From Candidatus Hodarchaeota archaeon (lineage in GTDB: Archaea > Asgardarchaeota > Lokiarchaeia > Sigyniarchaeales > SOKP01), in assembly GCA_048886685.1 (NCBI GenBank), contig JBHLKM010000010.1, positions 55,946-119,945 on the forward strand: a stretch of DNA of 64,000 nucleotides, given 5' to 3'. Under the pieces are notes generated by a model. That model was not told the origin of the DNA and ran no database searches. It saw nothing but the letters and a program-made list of their open reading frames with translations. Every line of letters starts with the position of its first letter. Positions within the stretch are counted from its first letter, which is position 1. The position numbers were made by a program, and so were the translations under genes. Positions 18,694 through 28,372 of the stretch are shown here, piece by piece.

Positions 18694-20139
18694 TCACCTT
18701 ATTATGAGTTCTCTTAATTTATCACTAATAACATAAATATGAGATTTGATCTTTTTTGATCCAAATTTATTTAAAAAATATATTGCAACTAGAACTAAAC
18801 CTATAATCACTATAATAATAATCCCAATTTGAAAGTAAAAAATTAAAGAATAGTATAGTGAAAGAATAACTAATTGATAATTTGTTGTAATAAATCCTAA
18901 TTTGAAAAAGGATTTAAAAGTTATAGGACGCTTGTTCTGTTCAGCAATATTAACCACAAGAATATTATCACCAAGAGGAGTTAAATTATCCCCCCAATTA
19001 GCTCCAAATGCAAGACTGTAAAAGATTTGTTTTTTATTAATCAACGAAGCTGTTTCTGTCATAGTATCCGCGACTGGAATTAAAACCTTAGTGATTGGTA
19101 TATTATCAATACAACTACTTAAATAAGCTGAAAACCAAAGAATTAAGAAAAGTTGGAAAAAGAGATTAGTTCCTCCAATATTTTGTACAAAAATCCCTAT
19201 AACCTCAGTTGCCCCTGTCACCTCAAGACCTCCAACAATTATAAAAATCCCCAAAAGATAGAAAATCAACTCAAAATCTATTTTGTTTATAATATCTTTT
19301 GGTTCTAATCTAGTTATAATGATCAAAATAATAGCAATAATTAAAGCAATTATATCCGGAGAAAGAAGTGAAGAAGGAACGATTGTGAGTAATACCAATA
19401 AAACTATCAAAGATACTAATGACTGATATAAAAGCCTTTTATTTTGAACAACATTCCATACGTCAAATTCTTTTAATGCTTTTTGCCCCTCTTCTGGTAT
19501 TACTAACTCTCTTTTATAAATTAGAATGAAAAATAAGAGAGTAAATAAGAAAATTATAAAAGAAATTAATCCAACATTAATGAAGAATTCTATAAATTCT
19601 ATTCTTGCTGATGTTGTGATTAAAATATTTGGAATTGAAGAAATTGAAAAAATTGTACCACCTATATTTACTAATATTGCTTGAGTAAGAATATAGGGGG
19701 AAGGATTTATATTTAAAATTCTTGAAACTGTAATAGTAAGTGGAATTATAATGATAACTGTTAAAATATTGTTTAAAATTGCTGAAATGAGCACTGTTAC
19801 GCAACAAAATATAATCATTAAACGAATAGGTTTTCCTTTTGAGAGTTTAATTAGTTTTCCAGCAATAAATTGAAATGTGCCTGCTTCATGTGAGATTTGT
19901 ACAATCATCATCATTCCTATAATTAGAATTATGGAATGTAAATTTACAAAATCATCATCCTTAGAACTAAATAGAAGATCGACAATTATAGAAAAATCTA
20001 AATCTTCAAGAAAAATTAAAACAAAATAGGTGATAATTGCCCCTAATAATGATGCGATTGCTCTATTCATCTTTTCTGTTATAATAAAAAAAATAACTCC
20101 GATAAAACTTGAAAGTATTATGATAACACTTAGCAACAT
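18694..20139 (-). CDS. ArsB/NhaD/SLC13-type (IT superfamily) ion transporter
   Basis: Multi-TM protein; SAILNNILTV, IDFELIFYLLGIFIIVGGLE, SSCIDNIP. Confidence 0.85.
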   Translation of the reverse strand: MLLSVIIILSSFIGVIFFIITEKMNRAIASLLGAIITYFVLIFLEDLDFSIIVDLLFSSKDDDFVNLHSIILIIGMMMIVQISHEAGTFQFIAGKLIKLSKGKPIRLMIIFCCVTVLISAILNNILTVIIIIPLTITVSRILNINPSPYILTQAILVNIGGTIFSISSIPNILITTSARIEFIEFFINVGLISFIIFLFTLLFFILIYKRELVIPEEGQKALKEFDVWNVVQNKRLLYQSLVSLIVLLVLLTIVPSSLLSPDIIALIIAIILIIITRLEPKDIINKIDFELIFYLLGIFIIVGGLEVTGATEVIGIFVQNIGGTNLFFQLFLILWFSAYLSSCIDNIPITKVLIPVADTMTETASLINKKQIFYSLAFGANWGDNLTPLGDNILVVNIAEQNKRPITFKSFFKLGFITTNYQLVILSLYYSLIFYFQIGIIIIVIIGLVLVAIYFLNKFGSKKIKSHIYVISDKLRELIIR

Positions 20140-20231
20140 TTTTTTGATGTTCTTGTTTCAATTTCTGTTATTTTGAAATGATAATTAAAATTAAATGATA
20201 TGGTAATAAAAAATATTACTTATAATTCACT

Positions 20232-20369
20232 TTGCACTATAATAGATGAGAAAAGGCACCTACTCCTAAATACAAATTGGGAGAAAAAAATAATTTCACA
20301 CAAAAAGATAGTTTTATTTTTCATTGTTTGAGATGTGGAGCTGACCATTATCTAAAAGTTAAGTATTAA
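20232..20369 (+). pseudogene. possible decayed zinc-ribbon micro-gene
   Basis: Frame reads LHYNR*EKAPTPKYK...FHCLRCGADHYLKVKY; the first CxxC appears mutated (TAT...TGA). Confidence 0.3.
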
Positions 20370-20431
20370 ATTAATATAAAGTAAAAATTTCTAGGGAAAA
20401 AATTTAATAAGACTGTTTTTAAAACAAGAAT

Positions 20432-20752
20432 ATGGATGGTAAAGTTAATGAATACATAGAAAAGCAGAAATCTCCTCAAAAAGAGATTTGTCAGAAATTA
20501 AGAGAAATCATATTGAGTACATTCCCAAATATTATAGAAGAAATGAAATATGGTGTTCCATATTATGCAGATAAGTATTACATCGTTGCCTTAAAGACAC
20601 ATGTCAATTTGGGTTTCTCAATTAAGGGATTAACAAAAGAAGAGATAGAACTTTTTGAAGGGAGTGGTAAAACAACGAAGCACATTAAAATCAAGGCCCT
20701 TGAGAATATTGATGAAAAAAAGATTGTAAAGCTATTAAAAATGATAAAATAA
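20432..20752 (+). CDS. DUF1801 (YdhG-like) protein
   Basis: LREIILSTFPNIIEEMKYGVPYY...HVNLGF...GSGKTTKHIKI. Confidence 0.85.
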   Translation: MDGKVNEYIEKQKSPQKEICQKLREIILSTFPNIIEEMKYGVPYYADKYYIVALKTHVNLGFSIKGLTKEEIELFEGSGKTTKHIKIKALENIDEKKIVKLLKMIK

Positions 20753-20756
20753 TGAT

Positions 20757-22532
20757 TTAAAACAATTTAGAAAATGCACCTAATCCTATTACGTTTGAGA
20801 CTACTGCAGAGAAGAACAATTGAATAATCACAAAGGAACTTACTAATACAGCGCTAAAGGTTCTGGTATGCTCATAAATGATTGTATTACCGACCGTAAC
20901 TATTAGGAAAATAATAAAAGTAAATAATACAGAAGGTAAATACGAGTAGCTTCTGGCTAGCGTCATTAATGTGATATATATTATAAAAGCAGTGATGACT
21001 GTTATCTTTGCTATAGTTTTTTCAGATTTTACAAAATTGAGGAGAGGATATAGAATTTTTCTGAATAAAATTTCTATTGAGAAATAAATTGGAAAAATTG
21101 CTATAGAAATGAAAATATTTGTGATACTAGATGGCCACATAAAAGCAAATGGGTAGTAAAAGGAAAATAATAAATATACTAAAAGAAAATACAAAGCACA
21201 TATAGTCGTATAGACAAGTACATTCATATTAAATTCCTGCTTTATTATGTCCTTTAGATGCTTTCTACTAAATTTAATTTCCTGCCTCCATAGATGTATA
21301 ATGTATGCAACAAATTTTATTAACAAGAAGACACTACTAAAAACTAGAGATGCATAAAAAATCCCTATTAATCCGAAAAGATAACTAAAATATAACCAAT
21401 TTAATATGAAGAGCATAGAGTATATTATAATTTGAAGAATTTTAATGGAATTAACAACTTTTTTTTTAATTTTTTTCCCTATAGGTAACGGTTCTTCAAC
21501 TTTCTCAATATTTTGATTATCAATTGAACTAGTTAATCGAAAGAATTTAGCCGAATAGGATATTAAAAGGAATATTATTGCGATAAGTAAACCTAAGTTC
21601 AAAAATATTAGTACGTAATTCCACATAAACGTAATACTAATCTTTCCATTAATCATTTCGGAGCCAAAAAATGTTAACTCAAACCATTTGATTGAATCTT
21701 TTAGTACTTTATCAGAGAATAATTGGTGAGCTCCTCCGAGTAATGGTTTTGTTATATTTATAAGAGTACAATTTGTCAAACTTTTAGCTTTTACTGCATC
21801 TTGGTAATCCAAGACTTCATCTTTAGTATGCATTATTATTAACAGGTGTTCACTATTAGTGCTATTCAATAAATTAAGAGGAATGAATTCTTCATAACCT
21901 TGCCATTCAAGTCCAAAACGAGGTGGTGTGAAATTTAATAATGGTGCCCAAGCAACAGTCGCCTTAAATTCTGGATTCAATGCTTGATTCATAAGAACAA
22001 CCATGCCACCAAGTGAATGACCAATCAATCCGACCTGAGATTCATTTACATTCGAGTAAAAGGATAATGTTTTCAATTTTTCTAATAGTTTTGTACAATC
22101 TTGAGCAAGAGCAGGGGTATTGGTGGATACATCAATATTATTAATATTGCCTCCACTTTCACCATGTCCTTGATAATCCAAAGCTGCCACATAAAATCCT
22201 CGTTTAGTGAATTCTATAGGTACTCTGAGATCAAAATCCCGCTTGCTCCCAATGCCATGGCAGTAAATAATTAGTGGCTTTCCTTCCTGAAATGGTAAAT
22301 TTTTATTAGGATAATACAGATTCGCATAAAGAGTTGCTCCTGCTGAACGGAATTGAACTCTATCGTATTTTTTATAGCTTATAGATTTATTCACTTCTAA
22401 AGCTATGAGTGTAAAAACCAAGACAATTATTAATAAGATAATTTTCTCGAGATAGATAAGATCTTTACTATCAACTTTTTCATAAAAAAAATTGCTAAGT
22501 TTTCGTTTTAACTTCTCTTTTATATTAGCCAT
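20757..22532 (-). CDS. membrane-anchored alpha/beta hydrolase with C-terminal multi-TM domain
   Basis: HGIG, DYQGHGES, GHSLGG; multiple TM helices at the C-terminus. Confidence 0.85.
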   Translation of the reverse strand: MANIKEKLKRKLSNFFYEKVDSKDLIYLEKIILLIIVLVFTLIALEVNKSISYKKYDRVQFRSAGATLYANLYYPNKNLPFQEGKPLIIYCHGIGSKRDFDLRVPIEFTKRGFYVAALDYQGHGESGGNINNIDVSTNTPALAQDCTKLLEKLKTLSFYSNVNESQVGLIGHSLGGMVVLMNQALNPEFKATVAWAPLLNFTPPRFGLEWQGYEEFIPLNLLNSTNSEHLLIIMHTKDEVLDYQDAVKAKSLTNCTLINITKPLLGGAHQLFSDKVLKDSIKWFELTFFGSEMINGKISITFMWNYVLIFLNLGLLIAIIFLLISYSAKFFRLTSSIDNQNIEKVEEPLPIGKKIKKKVVNSIKILQIIIYSMLFILNWLYFSYLFGLIGIFYASLVFSSVFLLIKFVAYIIHLWRQEIKFSRKHLKDIIKQEFNMNVLVYTTICALYFLLVYLLFSFYYPFAFMWPSSITNIFISIAIFPIYFSIEILFRKILYPLLNFVKSEKTIAKITVITAFIIYITLMTLARSYSYLPSVLFTFIIFLIVTVGNTIIYEHTRTFSAVLVSSFVIIQLFFSAVVSNVIGLGAFSKLF

Positions 22533-22717
22533 TAGTTATTTTAATTTTATTTAATATATATCAAAAATAAATTTTAGCTTATTATAATGCTTTTTCATTA
22601 TACCTTATGTTGTTAAAGCGTTGATTTAAATCTAAAAAACTTTAAATAAGTCTGAGAATAAAATCCTAATATTAAAGAAATTTTCTAGTAATACTATGAG
22701 AAAAGGTAGTAATAATC

Positions 22718-23437
22718 ATGGAAGAAATGAGAACAAAAGATTCGGCATATGTTTACATATATGAACATATTTGGAAAGTATTAAGTGGTGCTGCTGTTTT
22801 AATAGTTCTTGGTTTAATTTTACCTGCAGGTTTTTCAGATTTGGGTCCTCTAAGTGATACTTACATGTGGATTTTTGGATTTTGGTTTTCAACATCAGAT
22901 TTTGTATCTCCCTCAGCCGGTTGGCCTAGTGATTTTTATGTAGAACCCCATGATGCAGCGTTAATGACTGGGGGAATAGTTGCTGTAATTTTATTGATTT
23001 TTGCATTAATAATCATTTCTACAGCATCTAGAACAGCAAAATATGAGGGAGTTGACAAGGTGGCTGCGGGAACTGGTTTAATCGGTGGGATTTTGGCTAT
23101 TATTGGTCCAGCTTTTTATTACTATTATTTAGACTCTGAAATAGTTGAGATGGGCGTGAGTGTTCATTGGATGACTTTTGACCCAAGTTTTGGATTTTAT
23201 CTTCCAATCTTAGGTGGTGTTTTAGGTATTTTAAGTGCTATTGCAATAGGTTATGCTTATACATTAGAAACTAAGAGGAAACCCGAAGACACAATTCCTT
23301 CTAAACCAACTCCCGATAAAATTGCAATGGATAAAGAACTGGAGGTAATTAATCAACAAGAAGTTCCTAAATTTTGTAAGAATTGTGGTACAAAATTGGT
23401 TGGGGAATATTGTCAAGAATGCGGTCAAAAAGCCTAG
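22718..23437 (+). CDS. 4-TM membrane protein with C-terminal zinc ribbon
   Basis: Four hydrophobic helices; CKNCG...CQECG. Confidence 0.8.
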   Translation: MEEMRTKDSAYVYIYEHIWKVLSGAAVLIVLGLILPAGFSDLGPLSDTYMWIFGFWFSTSDFVSPSAGWPSDFYVEPHDAALMTGGIVAVILLIFALIIISTASRTAKYEGVDKVAAGTGLIGGILAIIGPAFYYYYLDSEIVEMGVSVHWMTFDPSFGFYLPILGGVLGILSAIAIGYAYTLETKRKPEDTIPSKPTPDKIAMDKELEVINQQEVPKFCKNCGTKLVGEYCQECGQKA

Positions 23438-23499
23438 TTCTTGGCGGTCTTGGAAAGCCAAAATTTAATGTTATCAGAGTATTGATTAAAAGTTAAGAT

Positions 23500-25104
23500 T
23501 CAAATTATAGGAATAGAAAAGCTAAAAGTGCTTCCTTTATTCTTTCCTTCTGATTCTACCCAAATTTTCCCACCATGTAATTCTAAAATCTTTTTTGAAT
23601 TATATAGCCCAAGTCCAACACCATCAGTACCAATATCCCATCCTTTACCATATCTCTCAATTTTTCCAAATTGTGTGAATAATTTCTGTTTTTCTTCTTT
23701 TGTTAAACCAATTCCATCATCTTCTATAGATATTACGATGTCGTTATCTTTTATATCAGAATAGATCTTGATTTGACCTTTTTTTGGAGTATAATTGACA
23801 GCGTTGAGTAATAGGCTTGATATAACTTTATGGATCTTACTTTCATCAAATTTGGTTAATAATTTATCGTTTAAATTGAGAATTACTGAATGATTTCTCA
23901 TCTTTATAACTTCATTTAACTCTTCTAGAGTGTGCTCTATAAGAGAGGTTAAATCTCCTTCTTTAAGATTCAGTTTAATTTTGTTCTTTTCTAAACTTGA
24001 ACTTTCTAAGAGTTCATTGATGAGGTTTTCTAAACGTTCACTACCATTCATTATTGCTTTTAAGTAATCAAGTATATTTTCATCTAGATTTTCTTTATAA
24101 GTTCTTAATAATAAATCAGCATATCCTTTCACTGGTATTAATGGAGTTTTTAGCTCGTGTGATATACGATATAGTAATTCTGATTTCAAATTATTTATTT
24201 CTTTCAATTTGAGGTTTAACAGTTTCAGACTTTGCTCTAATTCTTTTTTCATAGCATTGTCTACAAATGGTTCCTCTAAATTAATTAGTTTTCCATTTTG
24301 GCTTTCAGCCGTTCTATATGGAGAAATAAATTTAGTTAAAGTGAAAACAGCAGGTTTACCCATAAAATAAAAACTCTTTCCGTAAGAATGAACCCATATT
24401 TTTGTTCCATTTTTATGATAAATCGGGTAAGTAATATCTAATGTTTCTTTAGATCCTCTTTCTATTTCTTGATAATTTAATTTTATTAATGTTCGGTATT
24501 CAACAGGAATCAAATCTAATACATTATAAACAGTCATGTTCATTAAATCTAAAAAAGAATGTCCTATTATGTCTGATAGATGGTGATTTACATATTTTAT
24601 TCTATTATCTTGAAAAATAGAAATTCCAAGTAAAGGGTTTTCATCTAAGAGTTGATCAAAGTCTAGATCAAATTTCATATCTTTACGATCATCTTTCTCC
24701 GTTTTATAACTTAATTCGATGATTTCTGTGTAATCTTGCATAGTTAATAGAATTGCTAATCTATCTCGATATTCAATTGCTTTCAACCATAATTTTACCC
24801 ATTTAATTCTTCCAGATTTTGAAATTAATCTGCAATTTAAGAATGTTGTTGCGTTCTTCCCTTGGTTTAAAGTAGAATTAAGATTTTCCTTTAAATGTTT
24901 CAAATCCTCAGGATGAGCGTCGTTAAAGAAGCCATATCTTTTCATAATTAATATATCATTAATAGGAGATTCAAGTATATTGGCTAATCCTTTATTAGCA
25001 TATATATTATACCCATCTTGAATTAATAAAACACCGATCAAATCATTATCTGAGGATATCATTTCGATTCCTTTAAAAATGAGATATGTGCTTTCTTTAT
25101 CCAC
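23500..25104 (-). CDS. PAS-PAS sensor histidine kinase
   Basis: ISHELKTPL H-box, NAVNY N-box, DDGIG and GVGLGL G-boxes; two PAS-like domains. Confidence 0.93.
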   Translation of the reverse strand: MDKESTYLIFKGIEMISSDNDLIGVLLIQDGYNIYANKGLANILESPINDILIMKRYGFFNDAHPEDLKHLKENLNSTLNQGKNATTFLNCRLISKSGRIKWVKLWLKAIEYRDRLAILLTMQDYTEIIELSYKTEKDDRKDMKFDLDFDQLLDENPLLGISIFQDNRIKYVNHHLSDIIGHSFLDLMNMTVYNVLDLIPVEYRTLIKLNYQEIERGSKETLDITYPIYHKNGTKIWVHSYGKSFYFMGKPAVFTLTKFISPYRTAESQNGKLINLEEPFVDNAMKKELEQSLKLLNLKLKEINNLKSELLYRISHELKTPLIPVKGYADLLLRTYKENLDENILDYLKAIMNGSERLENLINELLESSSLEKNKIKLNLKEGDLTSLIEHTLEELNEVIKMRNHSVILNLNDKLLTKFDESKIHKVISSLLLNAVNYTPKKGQIKIYSDIKDNDIVISIEDDGIGLTKEEKQKLFTQFGKIERYGKGWDIGTDGVGLGLYNSKKILELHGGKIWVESEGKNKGSTFSFSIPII

Positions 25105-25289
25105 TCTCTTATCCCCATGAATTTGTTATAATAATTTAGAAATAGTACCCCAAAATATAGGGAAAATATACAATAATTAATTATTATGTGTAAAAAATAG
25201 TGACAAAAACTTATGAATAATAGTTTTTTTATAACATTTCGTTCGATAAGAACAAAAATAAAAATCTAGGAATTACACCCTGAAATGTT

Positions 25290-26099
25290 TTAAATTCTAG
25301 AGATATAATATCTAAATTTTTCATCATCAATTTGCCATGACTGAAAAAAGTCAAATGGCTTTTTCGTGTCCCAAATGTTCTCAATATTTCTAATGCCATT
25401 GTAGAGATCTGTCAAAAGTGTTTTATCACATGGATATTTTTGATGTGAAGGATAAAGTTCAAAAATATTTTGTTTTTCGCATAATTCTATCAATTTGGAA
25501 AGAGTATTTAGAACTTTTGGAAACATTTCTCTTGTTGGTAAAAATGTGTCTCCGTAATAAGCGACATCACTAGTAAAAAGTTCACCTTTATTAGTAATTA
25601 GACAAATAGAGCCAGGAGAATGTCCTGGTGTATGAATTACTCTAACTTTTATTTCTCCTAAATTAAACTCGTGTCCATCATTGATTTTTTTGATGACTTT
25701 AGCTGGAGGGATTGAAAAATTCTTTTCCTTATATTTATTTACAATTTCACAGGGCGAATCTATTAGAAATGATATATCATATGATGTTGAGATTCTATTT
25801 GCTTCATTTTTATGAACATAAACCTCTCTAAATTCCTCATTTCCTAAAATATGGTCCCAATGAGTATGTGTATTGAGTACATATAGTTTTCTTCTAGCTA
25901 TTAAATCCTCTACAATTGGCTTTAAAGGGTAGAGTCCACATCCCGTATCAAGAAGAAGAGCTGAATGAGAGCCTAAAATCAAATATAAATTAAGAGGATC
26001 GTTTCTATAAACAGGGTGAACAATAGAAATATTTTCTTTTATTACAAACAAATAATCCTTATGTTTTGAAATTTCAAAATGTTGGCTTTCATTATTCAT
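25290..26099 (-). CDS. MBL-fold metallo-hydrolase
   Basis: THTHWDH and HTPGHSPGS. Confidence 0.9.
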   Translation of the reverse strand: MNNESQHFEISKHKDYLFVIKENISIVHPVYRNDPLNLYLILGSHSALLLDTGCGLYPLKPIVEDLIARRKLYVLNTHTHWDHILGNEEFREVYVHKNEANRISTSYDISFLIDSPCEIVNKYKEKNFSIPPAKVIKKINDGHEFNLGEIKVRVIHTPGHSPGSICLITNKGELFTSDVAYYGDTFLPTREMFPKVLNTLSKLIELCEKQNIFELYPSHQKYPCDKTLLTDLYNGIRNIENIWDTKKPFDFFQSWQIDDEKFRYYISRI

Positions 26100-26289
26100 A
26101 TTTCTAGTAATGTAAATAATAGATTTAAATTCACATATTTAAGATCTTATACTTTTAAAAATTCAATTAAAGCTTGAGATTTATAGATAAGTATACTCTT
26201 TTAGGCACTTTGAATTGGTAAAATATAATTATTATTATTAACTAATCTTTTCAATAATTTGATTTTGATATATTAAACAATTCATTGTT

Positions 26290-27462
26290 GTGAATGATAT
26301 GGATTTTGCTTTAAACGAACAACAGAAAATGTTAAGAAAAATCACAAGGGAATTTGCTGAAGAATTTATTGCTCCTGTAGCCGAAGAAAGTGATCAAAAT
26401 TCAAAATTGGATGATACTGTGTTTCAGAAAATGAAAGAAATGAACTATTTTGGCACGTGTATTCCAGAAGAATATGGAGGTGCTGGTCTTCATGATGATA
26501 CGATAAGTTTTTGCATTATAACTGAAGAGATTGGACGAGCAGATGCTTCATGGGGTATTACAACAGGTGTTCATTGTAGTGTCTGTGCATACCCCATTTA
26601 TAAATTCGGAACTGAAGACCAAAGACAACAATTTCTTATTGATCTTGCGAAAGGTGATAAAATAGGAGCTTTTTGTTTAACTGAAGCAAATGCCGGTTCA
26701 GATGCAGGAGGAGTACAATTGGGGGCCGAAAAAGATGGTGATGAATGGATTTTAAATGGGAGTAAGATATTTGCTACAAATGGGGGTATAGCAGGAACTT
26801 TACTGGTTGTCGCAAAAACAGGGGAGAAAGGTTCTCGAAAGGAGCTAACTATTTTTATTGTGGATACAAACACTCCTGGCTATTCAGTGGGAGTAAAAGA
26901 AGATAAACTAGGTGTACGGGCTTCAGATACTTCTGAACTTGTTTTTCAAGATGTTCATGTTCCACAGGGAAATATTTTAGGGAAAACAGGAGAAGGGTTC
27001 AAATTAGCTATGCAAATTTTAGATTTCGGTAGAATATCTATAGCCGCACAATGTGTTGGCTTAGGTCAAGCAGCATTAGAAGCTTCAGTTAAATATTCTA
27101 ATGAAAGAGTTCAATTTGGTCAGCCAATAGGAAGATTTCAAGGAATTCAGTGGAAAATATCTGATATGGCATGTGCTGTAGAATCTGGAAGATTATTAAC
27201 TTACAAAGCAGCATATCTGTGTGATAATGGAATGGATTATGGGTTAGCCAGTGCTATGGCAAAACTAGTAGCATCTGAGGCAGCAATGACAGCAGCTCAT
27301 AGTGCCGTTCAAATTCATGGTGGATACGGTTTAATGAAAGCTTATGCTGTAGAAAGATATTTCAGAGATGCTAAAATGGGTGAAATTTATGAAGGAACTT
27401 CTGAAATTCAGAGGTTGGTTATAGCAAACCAATTATTAAGAAAAGGTCCTAATATCTTATAG
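26290..27462 (+). CDS. bcd: acyl-CoA (butyryl-CoA-type) dehydrogenase
   Basis: FCLTEANAGSD, QIHGGYG, IYEGTSEIQR. Confidence 0.92.
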   Translation: MNDMDFALNEQQKMLRKITREFAEEFIAPVAEESDQNSKLDDTVFQKMKEMNYFGTCIPEEYGGAGLHDDTISFCIITEEIGRADASWGITTGVHCSVCAYPIYKFGTEDQRQQFLIDLAKGDKIGAFCLTEANAGSDAGGVQLGAEKDGDEWILNGSKIFATNGGIAGTLLVVAKTGEKGSRKELTIFIVDTNTPGYSVGVKEDKLGVRASDTSELVFQDVHVPQGNILGKTGEGFKLAMQILDFGRISIAAQCVGLGQAALEASVKYSNERVQFGQPIGRFQGIQWKISDMACAVESGRLLTYKAAYLCDNGMDYGLASAMAKLVASEAAMTAAHSAVQIHGGYGLMKAYAVERYFRDAKMGEIYEGTSEIQRLVIANQLLRKGPNIL

Positions 27463-27554
27463 GATAGTTATGGATTCTTACCCGAATCTTTTTTTCTATA
27501 AAAAATTATAATTTATTTAACTTAAATTAAATTTTACAAATCCGGAATCAATTT

Positions 27555-28361
27555 ATGAAAATTTTCGTCTGTATTAAACAAGTACCAGGAGTAGCTGAAG
27601 TAAGAATAGATCCTAATACGAATACTCTCATAAGAGAGGGGATACCATCGATCATGAATCCATATGATAAAAATGCTATAGAGCTAGCCTTGACGATAAA
27701 AGAAGAATTCGATGCGGAAGTCATTGCTATAAGCATGGGTCCACCTCAAGCAGAAGAAGTTTTGAGAGAAGCTTTAGCTATGGGGATTGATAAAGCATTC
27801 TTATTAACTGATAAAGCATTTGCAGGAGCTGACACATTAGCCACGTCATATACTTTATCGCTTGCAATAAAAAAACTATTAAAAGGAATTAGAGAAAAAA
27901 AGAATTATCTCGTTATACTTGGTGCTCAAGCCATTGATGGTGATACAGGTCAAGTAGGTCCGGAACTCGCTGAAGAATTGGGTATACCACAGATTACTTA
28001 TGTTCAAAAATTTAAACTGAGTGAAGAAAAAATAATTGTTGAAAGAGTATTTAGAAAAGAAGAAGTTGTTATCATTGAGACAGAGTTACCTGCTTTATTA
28101 TCAGTATTAAAGGAGCTGAATAATCCTAGACATCCAACTCTTTCAGGGATCGTAGATGCATACCATAAAAAGGAGGTAATTTATTTAAATGCGGAAGAAT
28201 TAAAACCAGATAAACGCAAAATAGGTTTAAATGGGTCAATGACAGAAGTTTGGAAAATTTTTATCCCTGAAAAAAAAGTTGATCAAATTATTATTAAAGG
28301 CACAAATGAAGAAATTGCTAAAGAATTGATTGATAATTTAAAAAATGATAAAATTCTCTAA
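27555..28361 (+). CDS. etfB: electron transfer flavoprotein beta subunit
   Basis: VCIKQVP, FAGADTLATS, GAQAIDGDTGQVGP. Confidence 0.95.
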   Translation: MKIFVCIKQVPGVAEVRIDPNTNTLIREGIPSIMNPYDKNAIELALTIKEEFDAEVIAISMGPPQAEEVLREALAMGIDKAFLLTDKAFAGADTLATSYTLSLAIKKLLKGIREKKNYLVILGAQAIDGDTGQVGPELAEELGIPQITYVQKFKLSEEKIIVERVFRKEEVVIIETELPALLSVLKELNNPRHPTLSGIVDAYHKKEVIYLNAEELKPDKRKIGLNGSMTEVWKIFIPEKKVDQIIIKGTNEEIAKELIDNLKNDKIL

Positions 28362-28372
28362 GAGGATAAAAA

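Noticed and set aside
20247-20249. In-frame TGA as possible selenocysteine in the zinc-ribbon remnant
   Set aside because: The partner Cys is also mutated, there is no convincing start, and no SECIS is nearby; decay is the simpler explanation.
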